A stretch of DNA of 64,000 nucleotides from Parcubacteria group bacterium GW2011_GWD2_42_14 (GTDB lineage: Bacteria > Patescibacteriota > Minisyncoccia > Phycocordibacterales > UBA12088), in assembly GCA_000998045.1 (NCBI GenBank), contig LCCS01000007.1, forward strand, positions 5,220 through 69,219. Direction: 5' to 3'. The notes beneath the pieces are model-generated. The model ran no database searches. It saw nothing but the letters and a program-made list of their open reading frames with translations, and was not told the DNA's origin. This document shows, piece by piece, positions 24,679 through 35,200 of this stretch (position 1 is the first letter of the stretch; every line of letters begins with the position of its first letter). A program made the translations under genes and the position numbers.

Positions 24679-25230
24679 CACGAAATAATGAAATAAGATG
24701 ACAGTAGCTACCGGCAAAAACAAGTTATCTGATCCTCGCAATGATACCACTTCAACAGCAGTGAGAACGACTGCCATATATAATGCTTGTACGTACTGTA
24801 CGTCAAAAAATACGAGGACACAGAAAGATGCTACGAGACAGGCAAAGGAACCTTCAAAGGAACGTTTTTCATCATATATATGATACGTGTGGGTACCGAA
24901 ACGTATACCTGCGAGCGCTGCAAATGTATCAGCAAGCGCTAATAATAGCATCGCAGTCTGGAAAAGAGGCACATTTTCGGGCAAAGCTACGTATGCGGTC
25001 ACCACTACCCCTACTACAAAGAACAGTTCACCGAAAGAAACTCGTTCGACATTGTGCACAGCAGTATGCAGACGAGCAAACCGTATAAACATAAATACAC
25101 CCAAAAGCACGAGTGCAATGAAGATAAGTACCTCTACACGCACAAGAGTAGCAAGAACAGCAAATGCCATTGCAAGCACTGCGTGCAATCCTTTTCGGAT
25201 AAATTCTTTATGTATATGCATATTTTCCAT
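24676..25230 (-). CDS. Polytopic membrane protein, possibly cytidylyltransferase/dolichol-kinase-like (LALADTFAALAGIRFG motif)
   Basis: At least 5 hydrophobic helices; D-x-x-A-A-x-x-G motif typical of the CTP-transferase family. Functional assignment is weak. Confidence 0.45.
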   Translation of the reverse strand: MENMHIHKEFIRKGLHAVLAMAFAVLATLVRVEVLIFIALVLLGVFMFIRFARLHTAVHNVERVSFGELFFVVGVVVTAYVALPENVPLFQTAMLLLALADTFAALAGIRFGTHTYHIYDEKRSFEGSFACLVASFCVLVFFDVQYVQALYMAVVLTAVEVVSLRGSDNLFLPVATVILFHYFV

Positions 25231-25270
25231 TCCAGGTAACCGTACACTTTACACAACTAACTCCAAAAAT

Positions 25271-25335
25271 ATCGTCTTTGCGAGTCGCAACGAAGCAAAC
25301 CAGGTCTTGTTTACAGGTGCGACTCGGTTAGTTAG
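25271..25335. repeat. Repeat copy 2 of the CGTCTTTGCGAGTCG(C)AACGAAGCAAACCA...GCGACTCGG element
   Basis: Matches 21277-21345. Confidence 0.4.
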
Positions 25336-25365
25336 AGATGGTATAGAAACAACAGGTCAACTCTT

Positions 25366-25719
25366 TTACACCACTGCGTCACGAAGTTGGTCACGCGTCT
25401 CACTATATGTTTTTTGTATCGCCTCAAGTTCACGAGCAACAAATTCAGGTAAATCTGTCATGTGTGCGTCTAGAAAGGCAAATACCTCCTCTTGCTTTGC
25501 ACCATCCTCGGGGTTTGCTTCACTGCTCTCAAGAAGGCTCGTAAGAATGTCACGTTTTGAACTATCAAGTTCAGCCCATGCTTTATGCAGGATTTTTTGC
25601 ATTATCACTTCACCGACATCTTCTGCAAATTCCTCGAATTCTTCTTTAGAAGCATCTTCTAAATCAAAGGAGTCTACATTTGTATTTTTTGTATCATTCA
25701 TATCTATATCGTTATGCAT
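25366..25719 (-). CDS. Small acidic protein (hypothetical), start adjacent to the stop of 25720..28650
   Basis: 117 aa, D/E-rich, no motif; tandem with the upstream gene. Confidence 0.45.
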   Translation of the reverse strand: MHNDIDMNDTKNTNVDSFDLEDASKEEFEEFAEDVGEVIMQKILHKAWAELDSSKRDILTSLLESSEANPEDGAKQEEVFAFLDAHMTDLPEFVARELEAIQKTYSETRDQLRDAVV

Positions 25720-28650
25720 TTAGAATTTTTTTGTCTCTATAACTTGTCCTTCTGGGGCGTTTGGATGCAGTTTTTTAAGCATGGCTTCGTGTTGTTCCAA
25801 CTGTAGCATTACATCTTTCGGTTTCATACCATCATAGGCACTCCAGTCAATGGAAAACTTGGCAAGTGGTGTATCGCTAGCACCTTTAAGTGCTACTGCG
25901 ATGTCAGTTAACTGCGCATGGACCATGTCCCTAAAGGTGTGGTTGTTTTCGGAGTTAAAAAATTGATGTGCGGTGAGCGAACGCCATTCAGGCTCTTCTG
26001 TAGGATACTTAATCTCTACCAGCTTTGTTATTTCAGGTGTAACTTCAATAGGCGGAAGTTTTGCAACGGCTCTCGTGCCATATACAGGATCTGTATTCCA
26101 CCCCACTTTTGGTGCCTCATACTTAGCGAGAGGTATTCGCTCAACTTCTGGAAGAGTGGTTTTACTTTCAGGAACTGCCGTATCTGGTTTACTTTCAGGT
26201 ACTGCCGTATTTTTAGGAACGGTAACTGGCTCTGGTATTGGTTCAGCTGTTGGTAGATTGTCTGGAGGGGTAGCAAGTTTAGGTCTGAAAGGTTCTACTT
26301 CTTCCAAACGCAAATGAAGTTTGTTGATAAGCTCTCCAAGCGTATCGTTATTTTTTACACTTTGTTCAATAATATCAGCAACATTTGGTATCTTCGGTTG
26401 TAGGGAATGCTCAAGCTTGTCCACAAGATTATATGTTAAAGCTTCAACCCCCGCACCCATCGTTACAGGGGGCTTATTATCAATGGTATACGTCAATGAT
26501 TTGCTTTTATCAAAAATATCCTCCATACGCACATGACTCATTGGTCCCCAGTAACTCATAATCAAGCTCCTTTGACCTTGAAGGACGGAACCTTGAAAGT
26601 ACCCCTCTTTGAATAAATCTGCTAATGCCGGTCGTGTAGCTGCACCATGGTAGTCAGGACCAATTTGCTCTTTAGCATGGGCTAGATCTTCCTTAATAGT
26701 CATCGGTGGTGCTTCTTTCGTAGGTTCAGGGACATCTTTAACCTCCGGTTTGGTAGCGTCTTCCAGTGGAAGAGATACTGGTGGTTTTTCTACAGGAGGA
26801 GTAACCTCAACCGGAACACTTTTGTGTCCGTGAATTTTTTCGATTTCAGTACTGAGCAAATCTTTATCAAGTGTAGCCTCATAAACGCCATTTACTTTTA
26901 CCTTATGCCAATCTTCGCCCTTGATATTGAAATCCCTCATCATATTAGGATCCTTTTCAATTTCTTGCTGAATCAAGTGGGCTATTTTACCCCGTTCAAC
27001 ATCAGTGAGATTTGGGTAGGTCTTCTTCACCCATGTATCGTTCTCAAGAAAATCTTGCAGTTCACCCTCTACACTTGAGCCTGCCTCATAGACACCTTTG
27101 AGCGTAACGCCTTTTTCAGAAATTATTTTAGATACGTCTGGGGTTGGTTCTAAAGGTGCCTCATTGAGATTTTTTGGTATTTCATAAGGTGGAACATCTT
27201 TCAGAGGTGGGGTTTGTGTATCTGTAGAAGCTTCTTCTCCAATACCAAGTTTTTGAAGTAGCTCTGCGATATCAGGCTTAGCTGAATATGCGTCCACCGC
27301 AGACTTTGGAATGACAAGTGACGCCTCTTCTGCAGAGGAGTACTTTTTTATTTCATCTTCAGGAAGAGTAGCAATGTCACCAGACTCGGGCTCTGGAACC
27401 TTAATGTCTACACCGCCGAAGTGAACGTCCTCTTGAGAACCTTCTGGTACTTTGATATCTACACCACCGAAGTGAACGTCCTCTTGAGAACCTTCTGGTA
27501 CTTTGATATCTACACCACCAAAGTGTATGTCTTTTTCAGAGAAAGTCGCAACATCCCCAGACTCAGGCATGTGCGTATCTACAGTTCCTGGTTTAGGTAT
27601 TTTTCCTTCTATAGGCTCTGGGGATTTTTCTTTGAAATCTTGAGGAATTCCAGATGATGAAGAATTCCCAAATACCGCTTCATACGCTTCTCCTCCCGCA
27701 ATTGATCCCACCCCACCAGCTGCCATTGCAGCTCCGACAGCAGCAACTGAAGACACCTTCTTTTTTAAGCGAACATCTCTCTGAATCGCTCGACGGTCTT
27801 CTCGGCTCTGACGAAGTGACGTTTCTTTAAATGATTCGTGCTGTTTTTTTAAAGCGCGTTCACCAAACTCTTCAGACTTTTTATCCCCATATCGTTTTGT
27901 CTCCAAAGCCGCAAAACCACCAAAAAACGTCCCAAATCCTTTACGTGCAGCCATGGCTCCCCCTGTAGCAAGTGCCCCTGCTGTAGCCCAACCTAATGCA
28001 CCCGCCCCCAAACCTGCAAGACCTGCCAGGCCGGCTCCATACAATGCCCGTTTTTTTAATGGAAGCTTTCTATACCACAACAAGAAAGCCTTCGATCCTC
28101 GAACAAGCTTATACCGCGATTCACCTTTTTCGTTTTCTTGGTAGCGTAGTCCCTCAAGCAGTTGTACCTCGTTGTCTATGTGGTGCTCGAGCATAGTCTC
28201 GTGACGCGCAACATACTCTGTAAGCGCATCATCTTTACTTTTTTTGGAAAGTTGCTCTTTTACAAAGTATTCCATTCGCTCTTGTCGATGTCCACGCAAC
28301 CCCTCAAGTAAGTTGTCGTAGGTATACTGTGCCTGAAGCATTTCTTGTTTTGCATTATCAAGTTCAGGTGTTGCGATAAACCGACGGAGCATTCCGGCAC
28401 CTCTTCGCTCTTCCTCATATTTTTTACTCGCTTCAAGGAATACTGCTTCTGCGTCTTTGACCTGAGCTCGATACGCTTTATAGTTTTCGCGAATTTCTTT
28501 CCACGCTTCATCTCTATTCCTCACTCTCTTGCAAACCTTCCGTGGTTGCACCACTCGCACTTGTTTCTTCAAACTCGGGGCTTGCACTGTCCTGTCGTTC
28601 AGGCTCTTCCAGCCCTTCGGGAAGTGTAAGGTCTGTTTCTGTACTTTCAT
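25720..28650 (-). CDS. Large coiled-coil / glycine-zipper membrane protein with a 3x tandem 17-aa repeat (hypothetical)
   Basis: 976-aa ORF. Gly-zipper segments LYGAGLAGLAGLGAGALGWATAGALATGGAMAA and AAVGAAMAAGGVGSIAGG. Repeats DVHFGGVDIKVPEGSQE. Start uncertain: ATG 28650 overlaps the upstream gene by 137 nt, with an alternative in-frame GTG near 28520. Confidence 0.55.
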   Translation of the reverse strand: MKVQKQTLHFPKGWKSLNDRTVQAPSLKKQVRVVQPRKVCKRVRNRDEAWKEIRENYKAYRAQVKDAEAVFLEASKKYEEERRGAGMLRRFIATPELDNAKQEMLQAQYTYDNLLEGLRGHRQERMEYFVKEQLSKKSKDDALTEYVARHETMLEHHIDNEVQLLEGLRYQENEKGESRYKLVRGSKAFLLWYRKLPLKKRALYGAGLAGLAGLGAGALGWATAGALATGGAMAARKGFGTFFGGFAALETKRYGDKKSEEFGERALKKQHESFKETSLRQSREDRRAIQRDVRLKKKVSSVAAVGAAMAAGGVGSIAGGEAYEAVFGNSSSSGIPQDFKEKSPEPIEGKIPKPGTVDTHMPESGDVATFSEKDIHFGGVDIKVPEGSQEDVHFGGVDIKVPEGSQEDVHFGGVDIKVPEPESGDIATLPEDEIKKYSSAEEASLVIPKSAVDAYSAKPDIAELLQKLGIGEEASTDTQTPPLKDVPPYEIPKNLNEAPLEPTPDVSKIISEKGVTLKGVYEAGSSVEGELQDFLENDTWVKKTYPNLTDVERGKIAHLIQQEIEKDPNMMRDFNIKGEDWHKVKVNGVYEATLDKDLLSTEIEKIHGHKSVPVEVTPPVEKPPVSLPLEDATKPEVKDVPEPTKEAPPMTIKEDLAHAKEQIGPDYHGAATRPALADLFKEGYFQGSVLQGQRSLIMSYWGPMSHVRMEDIFDKSKSLTYTIDNKPPVTMGAGVEALTYNLVDKLEHSLQPKIPNVADIIEQSVKNNDTLGELINKLHLRLEEVEPFRPKLATPPDNLPTAEPIPEPVTVPKNTAVPESKPDTAVPESKTTLPEVERIPLAKYEAPKVGWNTDPVYGTRAVAKLPPIEVTPEITKLVEIKYPTEEPEWRSLTAHQFFNSENNHTFRDMVHAQLTDIAVALKGASDTPLAKFSIDWSAYDGMKPKDVMLQLEQHEAMLKKLHPNAPEGQVIETKKF
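27400..27555 (-). repeat. 51-bp coding tandem repeat, ~3 copies (CACCGCCGAAGTGAACGTCCTCTTGAGAACCTTCTGGTACTTTGATATCTA)
   Basis: Direct read; encodes DVHFGGVDIKVPEGSQE x3 inside gene 25720..28650. Confidence 0.6.
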
Positions 28651-29062
28651 TTTCTATTTCCTTCTCAGCTTTTATTTTTTTAGCTTCCTCACGTGCTTGA
28701 TCTATAAGTTCTTCTGGAAGAGGTTCTTCATTCACTTCTTCTACTTCAGCAGTAACATTTTCTTTCTCCTCTACCGACTCACCTCCTCCAGTATTTCCTT
28801 GAAATATCTGTTCTTCTATAGGCAATCGCTCAGGCTCCATCATAACCTCATCGGAAGTAGGTTCTTCTGTCGCATCAAGTCCGCGCTCTAAATCCTTCCC
28901 TACGAAAAAATCTTTAACCCAGCTTTGTTTCTCCACCGTTGTTGGCTTTGGTTTCCTTACTTGCGCCCTTGATCCTGCCCGCACCGCATCAATAGACTTC
29001 GGAACAACTTCTGATAAAGGTTTAGGTGGTTGTATACCATCGAAGCTTTTTGGTCCTTCCAT
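28514..29062 (-). CDS. Acidic, E/K-rich low-complexity protein (hypothetical)
   Basis: 182 aa, no motif; immediately upstream of and overlapping the 976-aa ORF. Confidence 0.45.
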   Translation of the reverse strand: MEGPKSFDGIQPPKPLSEVVPKSIDAVRAGSRAQVRKPKPTTVEKQSWVKDFFVGKDLERGLDATEEPTSDEVMMEPERLPIEEQIFQGNTGGGESVEEKENVTAEVEEVNEEPLPEELIDQAREEAKKIKAEKEIENESTETDLTLPEGLEEPERQDSASPEFEETSASGATTEGLQESEE

Positions 29063-29221
29063 ATGTATAAAGTGTACCCTTCCTAGTACATTAAGTACAA
29101 GGGAAAGTGTTTATAAACTCTAGATTCTCATTTCAAAAACCTTAACTACTCTAAATTAACCATCGGAATTATATAATTAATACTAGTATACATACTAGTT
29201 ATAATTCTAGTATTTTTTCGC

Positions 29222-29270
29222 GTATTAACTCAGAACTCGTCACTCGTCACTCGCTTTACTCTTATTTAGA
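29222..29270. repeat. ACTCG-repeat cluster (GAACTCGTCACTCGTCACTCGCTTTACTC) just 3' of the giant gene stop. Preceded by an ACTAGTA-repeat/near-palindrome ACTAGTATACATACTAGT (~29185-29215).
   Basis: Shares the ACTCGCTTTACTC core with 15141-15200 (reverse complement) and 63497-63523. Confidence 0.35.
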
Positions 29271-32200
29271 ACACTGGCAATACAATATATACAATCTTAC
29301 TCTCATATATACCTGCAGGCTGACCTTCACCTGCGCCTATTCTATATATAATGTCTGTTGTTTCATCATGTACAGGCCCCGAGCTATAGGCTATTTCTTC
29401 AAGTGTCTCCGTAAGTGGCGCAAACGTGTCATTAAGTAAGAATCTTGTTGAACCTCCTGTAAGGGTATTATCACCAGCATGATACCCATAGCAACTTTGT
29501 GCTGTTACCAAACATCCCGTCGTCCACGGTACCGGCGAGCTGTTTGAACCTGCAATATCCTCAATTCCTACCCCTCCACTACTCATAAGGTTTTGGCGTT
29601 CATACGCCACCACCTGATACCCTTCGGTCGCGTTTGTGGTAACAGTTAACCGTTGCACTGCTTCCTTCGGTACACCAAGCTCAAGTACCCCAAACGGTAT
29701 CGAAGTTGCCGAAGTTTCCACATCAGCAACATATCCTTCGGTTGAAAATCCAGCGGTGACACCTTGAATTGAGAAACTTAACGTTGCACCCTCGGTTGAA
29801 AGCGAAGGATAACTTGTGAGTGTTGTGGAAGCAGTAACCGGGGTATCACGTTCTACATCATATAGTCTAAAGAAGTACGTCATATTATTTCGTGCGTTGT
29901 TGTGCTGTAGGGTAAATTCAAACTCCTTTTTTGTGACGTTGGTGAATACGAAGCCTGAGTCGCCTGCACGATACAATACACCTCCTGTAGCATGTGCAAG
30001 ATATGCAATTACTTCAGAGGTGTGGGTGAGCTCTCCATCGTCACGCTCATCAATAGCAAACTGAGCCGAATCTGCATCAACATTGCCATAACGTACCCAT
30101 CCCCCTTCGGCACCATTGCGCGTCTGCTTATGTGCAATAATCCCGGGAATACCGATAAACAACTGTGTAAACGCTTGTTCGTACCATGGAATATCTGCCC
30201 ATCCAGTAATGGACTCCGTTGTGGTCGTCGCCTCAAATGCAATGCCGTTGTTGGTAAATACACCTCCTTCAATGGCGATCCAGCCTATGGTCTCTGTATT
30301 TGTGGGTTCCGCCGTTTCACCGTCAGGTACCTCTATTGAACAAGCAAAAGTATTCGCATTTGGCAAGGCGATAGAAGTAGTCAAGAAATCAGGTGAATTT
30401 GTGTTGTTGTTGGTCTGCAATGAGGTGAGTATGACCGGCGTACTCGAAAATGTCTGTGTAAACGTACACGTATCATCTGAGGCGCCACTCACCGCATTAC
30501 CATAGTAGTGATTAGTATCAAGTGTATTTACATCTACTTTTCTTCCATCAGGAAGGGTATACGACCCACGCTCCATAACTATGTATGACAACAATTCCTC
30601 CCCGTGAGTGTCGGGCTCATTGTCCGGCTCTTGTATACGGACCGTAAAACTTGAGGTGGTGGTACCCGTGATAATCGCCACTGCCGGTCTATTCAGTGCA
30701 CCACCTCCCGTATCTCCAGAAATCGCTTCAACAATAAAGACAGGATCGATGTAGGTATGTGCAAGAGTTACTGTTGTTCCTACACTGTCCGCAGTCGTCG
30801 TTCCTACTTCACCAACGACTTCCGGAGTATATGAGTACTCATTGTATGTTCCACATCCGTCCCCTACTCCTCCTACGCAACTATCGGAAGTGGCGAGTAC
30901 TGCTTCGTCAATAAACTCTCCTTCCGCACCTGCTCCATCCGCATAGCACCACGGGGAGCTTGTAGTACAACTATCTCTATCGGTCACATCAGTCACCACA
31001 CTAAAGTCAGAAAATTCTGACCACTGAAGTTTAAATTTCGTATTACCTCCATCACGACCTGCAATCTCTTCCACCAGCACCCGTAGCTTGAGAACTTCCG
31101 CTTGTGGAATATTGGACGGCGCAGTATTAGTGGCTGCTAGTGATGAAACGGGCGTGACTGCGGTCTCATCGTCATACCATCGCCAGTCTTTTTGTTCTGT
31201 ATCAAATCCTGCTATGGTGATAGTGGGGTAGTAGAGGTACTCATCAAGTTCACTACCATCTGACTCAACCATACGGAAACAGTAGCTCGAAAAATCTACC
31301 ACCCCATTTGCCTCAAGTATCCAATCATACTCAACATCATCCCCGAAATATATTTTGTAAGGATTGAGTGCTGTTGGGTTCGCTTCTTCATATGTTCCAG
31401 CACGACTTGAAACAGAAAGATTTAAATCACCTACTGTTGGAGGATTTGTTGAGAGAGTCGAACCACTGAGCGGAGTAGCATTATATCCACGCCACAGTAC
31501 GGTTGTTGAAGCAGAATCTCCCGTGTCTAGCCATGTACTTATTGCGGAACATGCCGTATCACGAGTACCGTACTGTAGCTTGTACTGTTTTGTTCCTTGA
31601 GAGATGTTTGCACCAGAAACAGAAAGCGACATGCGTACGCGCACCCTATCTCCATCGGAAGGTGCCATATCAAGTCCTGTAATCGTGGTGTTTTCACCCA
31701 AATCAGCCACACCTAACGGCCATGGATCGGTTGGGTCAAGAGTGTCATTGTCAACGTAAAATCGGAAATAGTTTTGACTCACCTTCAGTACCGCTGTCGG
31801 CCAATCCACGACTTCTGTGCGGTATGCACGGCCAGTACCAGTGTCTGATATCCAGAGTTGGTAGAACGTGGTAGAGGTGATACCCGCCCCCATAATTGCT
31901 CGAGGATGCACCGTGTCAGTACCAAGTCCCCACATGTTCATAAAAATGGAACCATTTGAGAGTGATGAAAGTGTTCTACCTATCGCAATCGAATACGTTG
32001 ATGGCTCAACACCTCCAGCGTTTTGTGTCGCATTTGACCGTGCAACTACCATCGGGCTACCAGTAATTTGTGTGTTTTCAATAACCCACGCTACCGAAGT
32101 ATGAGAACTAGCAGTCCTCACGGTCCCTGGAACACTATATGCAACTTGCCCAACACTGGAGAGCCAAACCTGATGCCCGTACTCATCAACACGGTTATCT

Positions 32201-35200
32201 ATCACTCGTTTTTGCGTATGCAAAAAAGCACGTGACAAATCATTAACTGGTGTAATATTTTCAACCTCGGTCGCTCCCGGGGTGTTATACGTATGTTCAC
32301 TGCGCTGAGTCTTCCAGTTATCTCCAGTAAACTCTACAATTGCATAACTTACCACCGAAGCAACTGAGCCAGTTATACCTCGGGTAAAGGTTGCATCATC
32401 TGATCCACTATTCCATACAGCAGTTGAAAGACCTGCAGGATAGCCAGTCGAGTTAGCCGAAGGGTTCTGCTGACCTGTGATAAACACAACAACATCATTG
32501 TCGTTCGCCACATCTTCTATAGTCGGCGTTGTCACCGTCGTGTTCGCTGAACCATATATTGCATTTTCTTGCGCTCGTACAATCATTTCATTATCTCCTC
32601 CTGCAGGTCCTGTATACTCGATAATTTCCCAGTAAATACGAGTCGAATTTGTTATACCGGTACGTTGGAACGTGACACTGTTTGTAATGTTACTTGGATT
32701 TTGGATACTTGTGGTTACATTACTTGCATTTTGGGTTCCACCTCCCGACGTCGCTCCTGCGCCGGTATGCGAAGCATTTGTGATACGTATAAATGCACTC
32801 GTACTCGCTTTCGGTGCAACATACTCGACACCTGCAGTGATAGTGACCGAGGAAGTGGTGTTTGCAATGTCGCTCACCCCACGTTGAATGTAAAAGTCCT
32901 GATTGGTACTCACCACAGCTTCTGCATATGTCTCGTAGGCCAGTGCCCCCTCCTCGTCTCTCACTCTAAAACAGTATGTCGTACCTGCTGTCGCGTCTAT
33001 GTTTGGCTCAATAACGTACTCAAGTTCCATAAACTCATCCGGTTCGAGTGTAAGGATATCGCTCACTGCAGTGTTTTCAATAACACCGCTGTTTGGTGTC
33101 AAGAAAATCGCGTTTTCGTCAGACACCCCACCAAGTGCAGCTGCAATGTTAGTAGTATCACTGCCTGCAGTCACCTCTTCAGACTCCGAAGGACTCCAGA
33201 CAGCGCCCGTTGAACCCACAGTCGCCCACTCTGAGATTGCACTACACGTCGTCACTCGTTCTGCGTATTCAAGAGTAAACACAGAAGGGTCAGAGCTCGT
33301 TGCACCTTTGTTACTTACTGCAAATCGAAGTCTTTCGACGACACCTGATAACGCTCCCGTAATCGGGACATCCTCAACTCCACCAGTTTTTGATGTTGCG
33401 AGCGACTCACTGCCATCGTCATTCCTAAAATGGTAGTGCTCCAAAACCAATAGCGATTTTTCAATAGTCGTTGAACCAGTGGGACCAACAGGATAGCTTG
33501 GGTTTATCGTACCAGTGGACACCGAGACATCAGTACTTGGATTCGCAATTGATATTTGAATGGTTTCGAGGTTCCCTGCATCAGAATCAACGTCCATTAC
33601 GGCATACACACATATAGCAAACGAATCTGTAATACCCACAGTTTCAGTGAAGGTTATAGTACCATTAGCACTTGAGAAACCATTCACAGCAGTCGATCCA
33701 TACTGTTCTTCATTTCCATCATAACTTTCACTTGCGCACGTATACGGACTTGATGAATCAAGCTCGTACAGCAATTTTATGTTTTTGAGATTGTTTTGTG
33801 CATCTACGGTTCCTGTTTCGCTAAGTATGATGGAGTTCACATCACGAGGGCCAGAGAAATCTTGCAACACCAACGTACCTCCGAGGTAGTTGTTTGTTGA
33901 ACTTGCTTGTACCGCTTCAACATGTGCGCCTTGAGCTGAGACAAACACATCAGACATCATGGCCACTTCAGGAAAAGTATTGTAAACCGGAAGTGCAGTG
34001 CCACTGTCTGTAACACGAAAACAGTAGCTACCTCCATCGACAGCGCCAGCAAGTGCCACAACAGAATACTCAAGTTCTACAAACTCATCCGGTTCGAGAA
34101 TAAGCGCACCTGTCTCGCTCGTTGTGTCACGCACACCACCGTTTGGAGTGAGAAATACTGCATTTTCATCAGTCACTCCACCCGTAGCTTCTCCTATGTT
34201 GGTCGTCGAATTTCCTTCAGTAAGGTTTAACGAGTTATACATATCCCACGCACCATCCACGGAGGCTACGTTCGTCCACCCTTCTGTCGTTGCGGAACAA
34301 GTCCCATTGAGTAGAGCATACTCAAGACGAAACGTGGTAGCAGTCGACGCCGAAATACCTTCGTTTGACACCTGCACACGTATACGTTGCGGTGACGCTT
34401 CAGGGAAGTTAGTCAACACCGTATCTTCATTGCCCTCTGTCGCACTTCCCGCTCCCGACTCACTCCCGTTGTCTAAACGCCAATGATAGTGTGTCTGTGT
34501 GAGAAGTGGTGCGGTGAGTGTTGTTGTATCTGGAATTTCAAGTGGTTCAGATTGGATAAGCAACAAATCTCCTCCACCAAGCACCACATCATTACCCGAG
34601 GTAATTTGAAGCTCAATCGTTTCTCCAGAAAGAGCGTTTGTGGTGACATCCATGATGGGATAGAGACACACTGCTTGTGTACTTGAAGCGGAGACTGCTC
34701 CTGCAAACGATGCGGTGCCGTTTGCACCACTGAAACCATCCGCATCGGTCACCCCATACTGCAGTTCACTGCCTCCGTAGCTTTCACTTGCACAGTCATA
34801 GGGTGCGGTTGTATCAAACTCATAGAGTAGTGTAATGTTATCAAGACTATTTTGTGCATCTACAGTTCCTGTTTCAGTGATGGTAACATCAGTTACCGTA
34901 TGGGTTTCTACACTACCATTATCTACTATAACAAAAGCCCCACCAACATGTTGGCTCACGCTCGGAATCGTCATTTCCGCAACCTGTGCTCCTGTTGTTG
35001 TCGCAAACGCATGTATCCTATAGGTAGCCTCTGGGTACCGAGGGTACTCGGACAGTGGTGCGCCTTGGTCGGAAACACGGAAACAATACTGCGTTGTGTC
35101 GATAGCAAATGAGGTTGGACTAATGGCATACTCTAGTTCAAGAAAATCTGCTCCATTAACAGTCAGCATCCCTGTCTCATCTCCCGTATCAAGTACGGCT

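Noticed and set aside
28260-28511. Basic 83-aa ORF nested in the 5' end of the 976-aa ORF
   Set aside because: It is in another frame and fully nested with no signals; the lysine-rich composition comes from reading the AT-rich region out of frame.
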